A stretch of DNA of 64,000 nucleotides from Anaerolineales bacterium (GCA_044224715.1 JBGAJV010000014.1:19562-83561), one strand, 5' to 3'. Numbered from the stretch's first letter, positions 1 to 9,967 are shown. Notes: generated by a model from the sequence alone, not told the origin. Numbers and translations: made by a program.

Positions 1-368
1 GCAAATTCCACCCCAAGCAGCAACCCAGCATCGTGGTCGGCGTCACCCGGACGACCGAAGGTTGGATCCGGCTGTCGGTGCTCGACGACGGCCAATCATT
101 GCCGCCCGAGGAACTGCCACGCATCTGGCGCCCGTACTATCAAGGTGAGAAATTGCTCACCGGTCAGATCGAAGGCCTCGGGCTCGGGCTCGCCATGGTC
201 GCGGCGCTCGTGCTGTCGGTCGGCGGGTCCTGCAAGGCGCGCAATCGCGAGGATCGGCCCGGCCTATGCGTCGAGCTCGATCTGCCGGCCGCGACGATCG
301 GCGCCTCGCCGTCCAACGCGTCGATCGTGCCCGTACAGGTCGATGCCGGCCCGCGCGAGCCCGTCTGA
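1..368 (+). CDS. Sensor histidine kinase, C-terminal HATPase_c fragment (5' end outside window)
   Basis: The frame is open from the window edge. Translation ...IVVGVTRTTEGWIRLSVLDDGQSLPPEELPRIW...GLGLGLAMV looks like the G1/G2 ATP-lid region of sensor kinases. Confidence 0.8.
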   Translation, partial: KFHPKQQPSIVVGVTRTTEGWIRLSVLDDGQSLPPEELPRIWRPYYQGEKLLTGQIEGLGLGLAMVAALVLSVGGSCKARNREDRPGLCVELDLPAATIGASPSNASIVPVQVDAGPREPV

Positions 369-433
369 CCGATGACGAGTTGATCACGGGACGCCGAAGT
401 CCGCGGACGAGCTTCGACTGGTCAACGAAACGT

Positions 434-475
434 AAAGCGGGCCGCTGTCGGGTTGACCCGACAGCGGCCCGCTTT
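434..475. terminator. Bidirectional stem-loop between convergent genes
   Basis: Perfect inverted repeat aaagcgggccgctgtcggg / cccgacagcggcccgcttt with a 4-nt loop. It lies between the kinase stop (368) and the minus-strand gene stop (486). Confidence 0.6.
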
Positions 476-485
476 GTCGTGTGTC

Positions 486-1025
486 TCACCAACCGATGGT
501 GTACGTGCAGGAGTCCGCGCCGTCCTGGCGTGAGGGCGCGGAGGTGTCGAGCGACACAGTCGGACGTGTGCCGGCCGGCGCGAATTTCTGCGCGACTGCC
601 TGGATGATCCCCAGATCGAAATCGGAGGGGTAGGGGTTGTTCGCGACGAGCGTGCCGCCGTGGTCGTCGCCGGCCCTGAACGTGTAGTGGCCGATCTCGC
701 CGCCGCGGTGGTTCATGTGGTAGGCGATGTCGATCGATGACAGCGCGGCCTGGATCGTTTTGACCTCGGGCGGCCATTGCGCGTTGGCCGGGATCGACTT
801 GCCGATGGCGCGCAACGTGCTGGGGCCTAGCTTCTGAGAGATCGACTTGAACGAGTCGAGCCAGGCCTGCTGCGAATACCACTGGCCGGGTACCGGGTTG
901 ACGATGCCGTTGTCGGCCAGGATCTTGAGACCCATGGTCTTGAACGCGCCCATACCATCGAGCACCGACAGCACGGTCTCACCGTTGACCTCGACACCGG
1001 GGGCGAAGGCTTTGAAAGATGACAT
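486..1025 (-). CDS. Hypothetical protein (179 aa)
   Basis: ATG at 1025 (MSSFKAFAPG...) is preceded by AGGAG. The longer 217-aa ORF start lacks an RBS. I do not recognise a family. Confidence 0.6.
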   Translation of the reverse strand: MSSFKAFAPGVEVNGETVLSVLDGMGAFKTMGLKILADNGIVNPVPGQWYSQQAWLDSFKSISQKLGPSTLRAIGKSIPANAQWPPEVKTIQAALSSIDIAYHMNHRGGEIGHYTFRAGDDHGGTLVANNPYPSDFDLGIIQAVAQKFAPAGTRPTVSLDTSAPSRQDGADSCTYTIGW

Positions 1026-1257
1026 CACGGCTCCTATCCTGGATGAAGCGGCGATCGCACCGGGGCGCCCCATGGGGCATCTGCCGGGCGGACGAGTCGC
1101 CAGCACGATGTCGCGGAGGGTACAGCCGGCAAGGGGCATCCGTCAGTAAGCCAGGGTCAAACACCGCGTAAAGCCCCGATGAAAGCCCGCGCTACGCGGC
1201 CGTTATAATCCGCCCGGCCCGCGGACGTTTCGCGCGGGCGGTTGGAGGACGAACGGC

Positions 1258-2643
1258 ATGTGGAGGTCATCTCGGCGGACGGCGGCCTGGTTGGCGGTGG
1301 GGCTCATCGCGTTGACGGCGACGGCCTGCGCGAACCAGACGGCCGGCGGCAGCGAGGATCAGACGCTGCGGGCCGCGCTCGTGGCGCAGGGCGTCACCGC
1401 GTATCAGCCGGGCCCGACGCCCGAGCCGGCCAAAGTCGCGCTTGGCCGCGCCCTGTTCTTCGACCCTGAGCTCAGCGGCAACCGCGACGTCGCCTGTGCC
1501 ACGTGTCACCTGCCCGCATACGGCACATCCGATGGGCTGGCGCTGCCGATCGGCGTCGGCGGCACGGGCCTCGGCCCGATGCGTCAATCGGATCCGAGCC
1601 GGGCGCGCATCCCACGCAACGCGCCCGACGTGTTGAACCGCGGCGCCTCCGGTTGGATCACCATGTTTTGGGATGGGCGTGTCTGGGGCGCAGCCCAACC
1701 TGGCTACGAATCGCCGGCGGGCTCGTATCTGCCGATCGGGCTCGACAACCTGCTTGCGGCGCAGGCGTTGTTCCCGGTCACGTCGCGCGACGAGATGCGC
1801 GGCGCCAGCGGCGATCGGGACGTCCACGGAAACCCGAACGAGATCGCGGTCGTGCCGGATGACGACTTCGACGCGATCTGGGAGGCGGTCGTCGCGAGGC
1901 TGCGGCGCATCCCGGCCTACGATCCGCTCTTCGCCGAGGCCTATCCAGAGATTGCACCCGACGCGCGCGGTATCGTCCAGGTGGCCAACGCGCTGGCCGC
2001 CTTCGAGATCGCAAGCGGCAACACGCCCAACAGTCCGTGGGATCGGTATCTGGCCGGCGACAACACGGCGCTCGCCGCCGATGCGCGGCGCGGGGCGCTG
2101 CTCTTCTACGGCAAGGCCGGGTGCTCGTCCTGTCATGCCGGGTCGCTGCTCAGCGATCAGCGGTATCACAACCTCGGCGTGCCGCAGATCGGGCCGGGGA
2201 AGGGCGCCCTTCAACCGCTCGATCTTGGGCGCGCGCTCGTGTCCGGCGCCGCCGAAGACATGTTTGCCTTTCGCACGCCGCCGCTGCGCAACGTCGCCCT
2301 GACCGGACCGTGGATGCACAACGGCGCCTACGCCTCGCTCGCGGGCGTGATCGCGCAGCATCTGGATCCGACCACGGCGCTGCGCAACTACGACGTCTCG
2401 CAGTTGCCGGTTGAACTGCGCGCCATGGTCTGGACCGACGAGTCGCGCGCCGCCGGTGTGCTGCGCGCTGCCGCGGTGCTTAAGACCCTCGACCCGCTTG
2501 TGGCGAACCCACGCACCCTCGCCGACGACGAGGTCCAGGATCTGATCGCGTTCCTCAACGCGCTCACCGATCCCGCCGCCGCGTCGCTTGAGGATGTGAC
2601 CCCGGCCGGCGTGCCCAGCGGTTTGCCCGTTCCCCGTCCGTAA
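1258..2643 (+). CDS. Di-haem cytochrome c peroxidase / MauG-family lipoprotein
   Basis: Two CxxCH haem motifs (CATCH, CSSCH). CCP-like blocks RTPPLRNVALTGPWMHNG. N-terminal signal peptide with lipobox LTATAC. Confidence 0.85.
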   Translation: MWRSSRRTAAWLAVGLIALTATACANQTAGGSEDQTLRAALVAQGVTAYQPGPTPEPAKVALGRALFFDPELSGNRDVACATCHLPAYGTSDGLALPIGVGGTGLGPMRQSDPSRARIPRNAPDVLNRGASGWITMFWDGRVWGAAQPGYESPAGSYLPIGLDNLLAAQALFPVTSRDEMRGASGDRDVHGNPNEIAVVPDDDFDAIWEAVVARLRRIPAYDPLFAEAYPEIAPDARGIVQVANALAAFEIASGNTPNSPWDRYLAGDNTALAADARRGALLFYGKAGCSSCHAGSLLSDQRYHNLGVPQIGPGKGALQPLDLGRALVSGAAEDMFAFRTPPLRNVALTGPWMHNGAYASLAGVIAQHLDPTTALRNYDVSQLPVELRAMVWTDESRAAGVLRAAAVLKTLDPLVANPRTLADDEVQDLIAFLNALTDPAAASLEDVTPAGVPSGLPVPRP

Positions 2644-2855
2644 AGACGCGGCCGGGCCAGCTTCCTGTCGTCGCCGTCTTGGAGCCACCCCCCAAGATCC
2701 CCGCGGCAATCGCGTTAAGTAAACAGAATTCCGGTGATTTCCCGGCTGCTCGGGAACATGACCCATGACAGCGGGACGCCCGATCGGCTACGCTGTCTTA
2801 TACCCAAAGCGGGGAGCCACACGCCAGTGCGCACACGGCGCAGAAAGGCATCGCG

Positions 2856-3914
2856 ATGACAGCGCCACGGATTCGCGCCAACTACGATGACCTCGACAAG
2901 GCCAATCGGATGTTCGCCCAGGAACAGGCTGCGTTGCAGAAAACGCTCGGCGATCTTCAAGGCCGTCTCGACGCCCTTCAGGGCGGCGACTGGGTCGGCA
3001 AGGCGGCCACAGCGTTCTATGGCGAGATGAATGGATCGGTCTTGCCGGCCGTCAAACGCCTGATCAAGGCCATGGATCGGGCGGCGACCGTCACCCGCGC
3101 GCTGCGCGCTCGGGTTCAACAAGCCGAGACCGACGCGGCGCGGGTCCTCAATGGGCAGGGCGCCGCCGGCGCCGCCACGGGTGGCGCCGCTTCAGGCGCG
3201 GCGAGTGGTGGGGCGTCGGGTGGCGCGGCGGGCGGTGGTGCGTCGAGCAGCGGCACGTCCGGCGGAGGCGCGGCGGGCGGCGGGGCGTCGGATGGCGCGG
3301 CCGGCGGCGCGGCGGGCGGTGGCCCGTCGGGCGGCGGAGCTTCCGGTAGCGGTGCGTCAGGCGGCGGGGCATCGGGTGGCGCGGCCGGCGGAGCGGCGGG
3401 CGGTGGCGCGTCCGGTGGCGGCCCGTCGGGCGGCGCATCCAGTGGTGGCGCGTCGGGGCCCGACCCGCGGCTGAAGCCGGTGCAAGACAAGATCGACGCC
3501 GGCGACAAGCAAGGCGCCATCGAAGAGGCGATCAAGCAATACGGGATCGATCTCAAGAACGTCAAGGGCACGCCCAAGTACGACTCGTCGACCTCGGGCG
3601 AGGGCGCGACCAGCAAGGACGGATCGGTCAGCATCGGCGACGACGCGTTCAGTTCGCCCGGCTGGCTGGCCTCGAGCGTCGGTCATGAGGCGTTGCACGC
3701 CACGCAGGCGAAGGAGGGCCGTTGGTATACTGACGACGAGGGGACGGCGCTCAACGAAGTCGAATGCTACGACTGGGAGATCGCACATGCCAAGGAGAAC
3801 GGGCTGTCGGCCTCCGAAGTGACCGACCTGCAGAGCCGGCGCCAGTCGCACTATGACCAGCTGACCGACACGGTCAAGAAGCGCGTGGATAAGGGCGATT
3901 ACACGCTGCCGTAA
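2856..3914 (+). CDS. WXG100-like N-terminal domain, Gly/Ala/Ser-rich linker, C-terminal HExxH (zincin-like) domain; putative secreted polymorphic toxin
   Basis: Helical N-terminus with W46-V-G48. About 100 aa of low-complexity GGASGGAAGG. C-terminal GHEALHATQ (nt 3684-3698). Confidence 0.7.
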   Translation: MTAPRIRANYDDLDKANRMFAQEQAALQKTLGDLQGRLDALQGGDWVGKAATAFYGEMNGSVLPAVKRLIKAMDRAATVTRALRARVQQAETDAARVLNGQGAAGAATGGAASGAASGGASGGAAGGGASSSGTSGGGAAGGGASDGAAGGAAGGGPSGGGASGSGASGGGASGGAAGGAAGGGASGGGPSGGASSGGASGPDPRLKPVQDKIDAGDKQGAIEEAIKQYGIDLKNVKGTPKYDSSTSGEGATSKDGSVSIGDDAFSSPGWLASSVGHEALHATQAKEGRWYTDDEGTALNEVECYDWEIAHAKENGLSASEVTDLQSRRQSHYDQLTDTVKKRVDKGDYTLP

Positions 3915-3925
3915 CAGAGAGGCAA

Positions 3926-4360
3926 ATGACCATGGAACTTGACCTCACCCTCAATCCCCGGGCGATCCACGTCGGCGACCCGGTGACCGCGACGCTGACG
4001 CTCCGCCATACCGCCGAGGCCGCGCTCGTCAACACGCGTCTTGTCGTCAATCGACCGGGCGCGCCCGTCGGGCTTCGCGACGTGTCCTTTGTGGTGACCG
4101 GCCCCGACGGCGTAGACCTGGCCCTGGCCGTCAAGGTCAACGTCGGCGCGCCGCGCGAGCGCGACTTTCGGTTGCTCGAGCCCGGAGAGGCGGTGACCCG
4201 GACGGTGGATCTGCACAAGCTCTACGACCTCAGCCGGCCCGGCGCCTACCGGATCCGCGCGACCTATCGGGGCGAATCCGACCCGGGCGATGGGCGGACG
4301 GCCTGGCACGGCGTCGTCGAATCGCCGCTCGCGGGGCTGCGCGTCGACCCGGCCGTCTGA
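3926..4360 (+). CDS. Hypothetical beta-rich protein, candidate immunity/inhibitor partner of the upstream toxin
   Basis: The 144-aa ORF starts 11 nt after the toxin stop on the same strand. No recognisable family. The function is inferred from position only. Confidence 0.45.
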   Translation: MTMELDLTLNPRAIHVGDPVTATLTLRHTAEAALVNTRLVVNRPGAPVGLRDVSFVVTGPDGVDLALAVKVNVGAPRERDFRLLEPGEAVTRTVDLHKLYDLSRPGAYRIRATYRGESDPGDGRTAWHGVVESPLAGLRVDPAV

Positions 4361-4459
4361 GCGCCTATCGATCGACGAGCCATAACGCAAGAATGGGATC
4401 ATATGATCCCGTTCTTGCGTTTCGAGTTGTGCGGGTCGCCGGCGGAACCCGGCCCTGCC

Positions 4460-5122
4460 TCACTCTGCCGGACGCTCGGCGACGAGGCGATGGCACAGCC
4501 GCACGCCGTCCATGGCATCGGTGGCCCAGTGGTCGGCGCCGATGTAGCGCACCAGATGCTCGTCGATCATGCCGCCGCCGATGAGGATCGGCAGATACTG
4601 TCCCGTCGTCTCGCGGTGCTCCTTGAGTTGCCCGACCGTGACGCGCATCGACTCGTAGGCCGAGCTGATCAGACACGACAGACACACGACGTCGGGGCGT
4701 TGTGCGATCGCGTGCTGCACGAACGTCTCGGGCGGCACGTCGACGCCGAGATCGATCACGTTGAAGCCGTGGGTGGTCAGGAGCATGCCCAGCATGTTCT
4801 TGCCGATGTCGTGGATGTCGCCCTGTACCGTGCCCAACAAGATCCGGCCATTCGTGGCGGTCGATGGGCGGCGCTCGAGCGCGGGGCGCAGGAGTTCGAC
4901 CACTTCACGAAAGATCTCGCCGGCCATGATCAGACCGGAGAGGTAATACTGTCGTTCTTCGTAGCGTTCGCCAACCTGGCGCATGCCCGCCTCGCAGGCG
5001 GCCATGATCGCAAAGGGATCGTCGCCGGCGTCGAGCCGTGTCTGGACCAGGGAGAGCGCGCCCGTTTCGTCCAGCTCCGTGATGGCCGTCACCAGCTCCG
5101 GCATCGTTTGTTCGGGGCTCAT
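4460..5122 (-). CDS. Corrinoid (B12-binding) protein, methyltransferase cognate type (CP-1)
   Basis: B12-binding helical cap plus Rossmann domain with the DxHxxG motif (GDIHDIGKN). ATGA start/stop overlap with the upstream GntR gene. Confidence 0.85.
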   Translation of the reverse strand: MSPEQTMPELVTAITELDETGALSLVQTRLDAGDDPFAIMAACEAGMRQVGERYEERQYYLSGLIMAGEIFREVVELLRPALERRPSTATNGRILLGTVQGDIHDIGKNMLGMLLTTHGFNVIDLGVDVPPETFVQHAIAQRPDVVCLSCLISSAYESMRVTVGQLKEHRETTGQYLPILIGGGMIDEHLVRYIGADHWATDAMDGVRLCHRLVAERPAE

Positions 5123-5973
5123 CGGCGTTGTTCACCCTCCGGCGCCAGGCGCTCCTGGCTGATCCCGACCCGGCTGCCGAAACGCAGCCGGTCGCCGCGG
5201 CACAGGAACCAGCCCCAACTCATGGGACGTTCGTCGAATGCAAAGAAGAGGTGCTCGATGCGCAGACCCGCGGCTGGCGGCGGCGCCTGGAGCAGGCGCG
5301 CCTCGTCGTCGCTGAGGAGCACGGCTTCGATGTTGAGCTCGCCGTGTTTGATCAAGGCCTGGCCATGCCCGCCGAACAGACCCTGCAGCGAGGTCGTCGC
5401 GATCTCGGCCTCGACCACCGGACGCGACGGGTCGTATACCAGATACTCGACGTGATAGCACACCGGCCCGGTCTCGGCCTCGATGAGCCGGCGCATATAG
5501 ATAAGGCGTTCGCCCGGCGCGCGAGCCAGCTTCTGCGCGGTTTGCCGATCCGCGGCGACGATGCTGGCCTGCAGCAGCCGAACCGTCGCCGGCTGGTCGC
5601 CGCCGACAAGATCCTGCAATCGCTGCAATTGGAAGCTGGCGTCGCCCAGCTCGACGGGGCGGATGAAGGTGCCGCGGCCCTGTTCGCCGACGACGATGCC
5701 CTGATCGGCGAGGATGTTGATCACGCGCCGGACGGTCATCGGGCTGACGCCGTAGCGGCGACAGAGTTGGGCCTCGGAGGGGAGCTGGTCGCCGGGCCGC
5801 AGACTGCCCTCGGCAACCTGCTGGCGCAGGATCCGAACCAGTTGGGCATAGACCGGTTCGCCGGAGTCGCGATCGATGACGTCCGACGTTCCCCTCGCGA
5901 CGTCGTGGTTCGAGATGCGTCTGGGCGTGTCCACGGTACTTCTATTATCGTCCGCTTCAGCATCGGCTGCCAA
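5119..5973 (-). CDS. GntR-family (HutC/UTRA-type) transcriptional regulator
   Basis: Winged-HTH block LPSEAQLCRRYGVSPMTVRRVINILADQGIVVGEQGRGTFI followed by a UTRA-like C-terminal domain. Confidence 0.85.
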   Translation of the reverse strand: MAADAEADDNRSTVDTPRRISNHDVARGTSDVIDRDSGEPVYAQLVRILRQQVAEGSLRPGDQLPSEAQLCRRYGVSPMTVRRVINILADQGIVVGEQGRGTFIRPVELGDASFQLQRLQDLVGGDQPATVRLLQASIVAADRQTAQKLARAPGERLIYMRRLIEAETGPVCYHVEYLVYDPSRPVVEAEIATTSLQGLFGGHGQALIKHGELNIEAVLLSDDEARLLQAPPPAAGLRIEHLFFAFDERPMSWGWFLCRGDRLRFGSRVGISQERLAPEGEQRR

Positions 5974-6373
5974 TGGGCAATCGGCAGTGCCGGTCGGCGC
6001 GGGTTGTCAGGCGAAGCCAGTATCTGGGCCCGCCGCCCCGAGCGGGTCGCGCGGCCCATCGCGTTCTCGGCTCGACGCCCCGCCGGAATAGCAGTCCTAC
6101 ACTGAGCCACAACCTGCCGGACGCGGCACCGCGGGCTCGCCCGACGGATGAGGGGGATTCGCGGGATGTCATCCGCGCAAGGGGATGAGTGTCACTATAG
6201 CTTCCCTATGGAAGCAGATATCCTGGAGTGGTCCAAATAACCCAAAAGACCTAACCGAAATGCTCTATGGGAACGCCTCGGCGGCTCCAAAGGCACGGTT
6301 ATCGGTCGCCGAGATCCGCCGCTAGCCCAAGGGACGACCCATCGGACGTGTTTGGGCCTGAAAGCGAGGACTG

Positions 6374-7069
6374 GTGCGCATGTCGTCTGAAACGTCCCCT
6401 CGCGTTTTGGTGATTGCCTGCGCCACCGTTATCGAGGAGATGCGGCCCTTCCTCCCGCCAGAGGTCCGCACCCACGTCTTGGATTTCGGTCTGCATCTGC
6501 GCCCCGACGAACTCCGCCACACCCTGCAACAGACCATCGACGAGGTTGGCGCCGACGCCGACCGGATCCTGCTCGGCTACGGGCAGTGCTCGCGGGCCGT
6601 GATCGGCCTGAAGTCGGACCATGCCACGCTGGTCGTGCCGCGCGTCGACGATTGCATCGCGATCTTCCTCGGCTCGCGTGACGCGTATCTGAAGCAGGCG
6701 CGTGGTGAGCCCGGCTCGTACTACCTCACCAAGGGTTGGATCGAGGTCGGCGATACGCCGTTCAACGAACATCAACGCCTGGTGGAGCGCTACGGCCAGG
6801 CGCGCGCCGATCGCATCATTCACCTGATGCTCAAGAACTACAAACGGCTGGCCTTCATCAACACCGGCGTGTACGAGATCGAGCGCTATCGCGAGCATGC
6901 GCGCATGACGGCCGCCAAGTTCGGGCTGCGGTTCGAAGAGATCGAGGGCGCGCCTGATCTCGTGAAGAAGCTCCTCAACGGCCCCTGGGATGACGAAGTC
7001 GTCGTGGCGCCGCCCGGCACCGCGATCACGGACGACATGTTCCGCGGTTCCTTCATCTGCTCCCCATGA
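6374..7069 (+). CDS. DUF1638 domain protein
   Basis: VLVIACATVIEEM...LLGYGQCS... pattern typical of DUF1638, which is commonly encoded beside corrinoid methyltransferase genes. GTG at 6374; an alternative ATG is at 6380. Confidence 0.65.
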   Translation: MRMSSETSPRVLVIACATVIEEMRPFLPPEVRTHVLDFGLHLRPDELRHTLQQTIDEVGADADRILLGYGQCSRAVIGLKSDHATLVVPRVDDCIAIFLGSRDAYLKQARGEPGSYYLTKGWIEVGDTPFNEHQRLVERYGQARADRIIHLMLKNYKRLAFINTGVYEIERYREHARMTAAKFGLRFEEIEGAPDLVKKLLNGPWDDEVVVAPPGTAITDDMFRGSFICSP

Positions 7070-8922
7070 CCGAAAACGCCTCTCTCGAAGTCGATTTCGA
7101 ACCCGTTGGCCGCCGCGTCGATGTGGCGGCCGATTCCAATTTGCTCGACGCCGCGCGGCAGGCCGGTATTGGTCTGGCCTCGGTCTGCGGCGGCGAAGGC
7201 ACCTGCGGGCGGTGCCGCGTGGTGATCATGAACGGCGAGGTCTCCGCTCCGGTGGATGCCGATCGCCGTTTCCTCTCGCAACTCGAGCTCAACGCGGGTC
7301 ATCGCTTGGCGTGTCGCGTGCACGTCCGCAGCGACGTCAAGGTGCACGTGCCCAAGGCCTCGCTGGTCACCGATCAGCGGCTGCAGATCGGCGGGCTCGC
7401 GCGCGCGCTCACGGTTGAAAGCGCGATCAAGGCCTGCGCAGTCGAAGCCGAGTCGCCGACGCTGCGCGATCTACGATCCGATTTCGAACGCGTCACCGAT
7501 GCCGTCGACTCGGCCTACGGGCTGCGTCACGTCACGGCGGAGCCGGCGGTCATCCGACAGCTCTCGCCGCTGGCGCGCGAGCAGAACTGGAGCCTGACGG
7601 CCTTTCTGCACGCGCGTGAGGTGGTGGGCTTCGCGCCCGCCAGCCGACGGCCGGTCGGGTTCGCGGTCGACCTGGGCACGACCAAGATCGCGGGCTTCCT
7701 GGTGGATCTCGAGACGGGCGAAGAGCTAGCCGCCGGCGGGCTGATGAACCCGCAGATCAGCTACGGCGAGGACGTGATCAGCCGCCTGGTCTACGCCGGG
7801 CGAGGCCCGACCGCCGCCGCCGAGATCCGCGAGGTCGTGATCGACGGCCTGAACACGCTGATCGGCACGCTGTGCGAGCAGGCCGGCGTCGCGCGCAGCG
7901 AAGTGGCCGAGGCCTGCATCGTCGGAAACACGGCCATGCACCATCTGCTGCTCGGCCTGCCGACGCGCCAGCTGTCGGTGGCGCCGTTCGTGGCGGCGTC
8001 GAACGCGGCCACCGACGTGCGTGCGCGGGACCTCGGGCTCGACATGGCCCCCGGCGCGTACGTGCATGTGCCGCCGTGCGTCGGCGGGTTCGTCGGAGCC
8101 GACCACGTCGCCATGATCCTGGCCTCCGATCTCGACAAGGGCGATCGCGTGGCGGTCGGCGTCGACATCGGCACCAATACCGAGATCGCCCTGTGCAAGC
8201 CGGGCCTGACCTACCTGACCTCGGCGTCATGCGCGTCGGGCCCCGCCTTCGAGGGCGCGCACATCAAGGACGGCATGCGCGCCGCCTCGGGCGCGATCGA
8301 GGCCGTGCGCATCACGGCCGACGGCCCACAGATCAAGACCATCGGCGACGCGCCGGCGGTCGGCATCTGCGGCTCGGGCATCATCGACGCCGTGGCCGCG
8401 CTGCACGGCGCCGGGCTGCTCAACCACCGCGGCCGGTTGGTCCCAGGCGGGCAGGGACTGCGCCCGGGTCCAAAGGGTCTTGAATATCCGCTCGCGCTCG
8501 CGCCGCAGACCGGCATCGATCGCGACGTGGTCATCACCCAGGGCGACATCAACGAGATCCAGCTGGCCAAGGGCGCGATCCAGACCGGGCTCGAGATCCT
8601 GCTCGAGTCGACGCAGACGCCGCCCGAGGCCGTCGACGAGTTGATCGTCGCCGGCGCCTTTGGCTCGTTCTTGAACCTGGGCAGCGCGCTCGACATCGGT
8701 CTGCTGCCGTGGCTGCCAAGGGCCAAGTATTCGCAGGTCGGCAACGCGGCCGGCGTGGGCGCGAAGGCCATGCTGCTGTCGCTAAAGGAACGGACCCGCG
8801 CCCAGAAGATCGCGCGGCGCACCAGCTACATCGAGCTCACGACGTATCCGGGTTTTCAACGGCGCTTTGCGCTGTCCATGTGGTTCCCGACGGGCGACCG
8901 CCGGGTGAGGGAGGACGCATGA
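7066..8922 (+). CDS. Corrinoid reductive activase (RACo-like: 2Fe-2S ferredoxin plus ASKHA/DUF4445 ATPase)
   Basis: N-terminal plant-type 2Fe-2S motif CGGEGTCGRCRV...C. C-terminal ASKHA blocks AVDLGTTKIAG and VGVDIGTNTEI. ATGA overlap with the DUF1638 gene. Confidence 0.8.
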   Translation: MTENASLEVDFEPVGRRVDVAADSNLLDAARQAGIGLASVCGGEGTCGRCRVVIMNGEVSAPVDADRRFLSQLELNAGHRLACRVHVRSDVKVHVPKASLVTDQRLQIGGLARALTVESAIKACAVEAESPTLRDLRSDFERVTDAVDSAYGLRHVTAEPAVIRQLSPLAREQNWSLTAFLHAREVVGFAPASRRPVGFAVDLGTTKIAGFLVDLETGEELAAGGLMNPQISYGEDVISRLVYAGRGPTAAAEIREVVIDGLNTLIGTLCEQAGVARSEVAEACIVGNTAMHHLLLGLPTRQLSVAPFVAASNAATDVRARDLGLDMAPGAYVHVPPCVGGFVGADHVAMILASDLDKGDRVAVGVDIGTNTEIALCKPGLTYLTSASCASGPAFEGAHIKDGMRAASGAIEAVRITADGPQIKTIGDAPAVGICGSGIIDAVAALHGAGLLNHRGRLVPGGQGLRPGPKGLEYPLALAPQTGIDRDVVITQGDINEIQLAKGAIQTGLEILLESTQTPPEAVDELIVAGAFGSFLNLGSALDIGLLPWLPRAKYSQVGNAAGVGAKAMLLSLKERTRAQKIARRTSYIELTTYPGFQRRFALSMWFPTGDRRVREDA

Positions 8923-9749
8923 GGATCATCGCCGAAAAGATCAACGGCACTCGCAAGGCCGTGGCCAAGGCCATCGCCGAGCGCGACGCCGTCTTCATCC
9001 AGAACCTGGCGAAGAAGCAGGCTGCGGCCGGCGCCGCCTGGATGGACGTCAACGCGGGCACGCACCCCGAGCGCGAGCCCGAGGACCTGCTCTGGTTGAT
9101 CGATCTGGTGCAGGGCGTCACCGACGTGCCGATCTGCCTCGACAGCGCCAACCCGGCCGCGCTCAAGGCCGTGATGCCGGCGGTCAAGAAGACGCCGATG
9201 ATCAACTCGATCAGCGGCGAGCCGTCGCGGATCGAGGGCATCCTGCCGATCGTGGCCGAGCACGGCTGCGACGTGATCGCGCTGTGCATGGACGACAAGG
9301 GCATCCCGACCACGGCCGAGGCGCGTCTCGACGTGATCCGGCGTGTGTTCGAGGAGACCCGCAAGGCCGGCATCGCCGACGAGAAGGTGACGGTCGACCC
9401 GCTGGCGATGACGATCGCGACCAACATCCAGGCCGGTCAGATCATCTTCAGCACCATGCGCGCGATCCGGGCCGAGTTCCCCAAGGCCCACATCGGCTGC
9501 GGGTTGAGCAACGTGTCGTTCGGCCTGCCGGTGCGCGCGCTGATCAACCGCACCTTCCTGGTGCTCGCGCTCGACGCGGGCATGGACACGGCCATCATCG
9601 ACCCGAACGATCGCGAGTTGCAGGCGGCCATCCTCTCGGCGGAGCTGGTCCTCGGCCGAGACAAGCATTGTCTGCGCTACACACGCGGCTACCGTGCCGG
9701 CCTGCTCGAGGCCCCCAAGGACCTCGCGCCTGCTGCCGTCACCAAGTAG
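8919..9749 (+). CDS. Methyltetrahydrofolate:corrinoid methyltransferase (pterin-binding, MeTr/MtrH-like, MT II)
   Basis: MRIIAEKINGTRK...WMDVNAG...ICLDSANP...MINSISGE match the pterin-binding TIM-barrel pattern. The internal ATG at 8919 overlaps the RACo stop (ATGA). Confidence 0.8.
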   Translation: MRIIAEKINGTRKAVAKAIAERDAVFIQNLAKKQAAAGAAWMDVNAGTHPEREPEDLLWLIDLVQGVTDVPICLDSANPAALKAVMPAVKKTPMINSISGEPSRIEGILPIVAEHGCDVIALCMDDKGIPTTAEARLDVIRRVFEETRKAGIADEKVTVDPLAMTIATNIQAGQIIFSTMRAIRAEFPKAHIGCGLSNVSFGLPVRALINRTFLVLALDAGMDTAIIDPNDRELQAAILSAELVLGRDKHCLRYTRGYRAGLLEAPKDLAPAAVTK

Positions 9750-9792
9750 GCAGCACCCCCTTGTGGGCGCCGGTAGTTTCGAAAAGGGAGCG

Positions 9793-9904
9793 TTGCCACG
9801 AATCTCACGAATTCAAACGAATTGGCACGAAGGGACTCATAACGCGTTGCGTTGATGAACCCTTCTCCAGAGATATTCGTTTCAATTCGTGCAATTCGTG
9901 GCAA
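9793..9904. repeat. Sub-repeat-built palindromic intergenic element (CACGAAT type)
   Basis: Left arm ttgccacgaatctcacgaattcaaacgaattggcacgaaggg. Right arm cccttctccagagatattcgtttcaattcgtgcaattcgtggcaa. The arms are imperfect inverted arrays of CACGAAT units. Confidence 0.8.
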
Positions 9905-9967
9905 AGGAATTCTGACGACCCGGCCTTCACGGCCGAGCGGCTGAGTGAGTAGCAAAGAGAGGCGTCT

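Noticed and set aside
1267-2766. 499-aa ORF on the minus strand
   Set aside because: It is antisense to the di-haem cytochrome c peroxidase gene. Arg-rich and motif-free.
3160-3460. Repetitive GGC/GCG-rich tract that could be mistaken for a tandem repeat or CRISPR-like array
   Set aside because: It has no repeat-spacer periodicity. It lies in frame inside the toxin ORF and encodes a Gly/Ala/Ser linker.
4403-5455. 350-aa ORF on the plus strand
   Set aside because: It is antisense to the CP1 and GntR genes, both of which have clear family motifs.
5974-6373. Possible cobalamin riboswitch in the 400-bp divergent region of the corrinoid locus
   Set aside because: I could not find a B12-box-like core or the expected paired regions by eye. 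I saw only a small inverted repeat gcttcc-n4-ggaagc (6200-6215) and a repeated ctatgg(a/g)a, which may be a GntR operator. A covariance-model scan would be needed to settle this.
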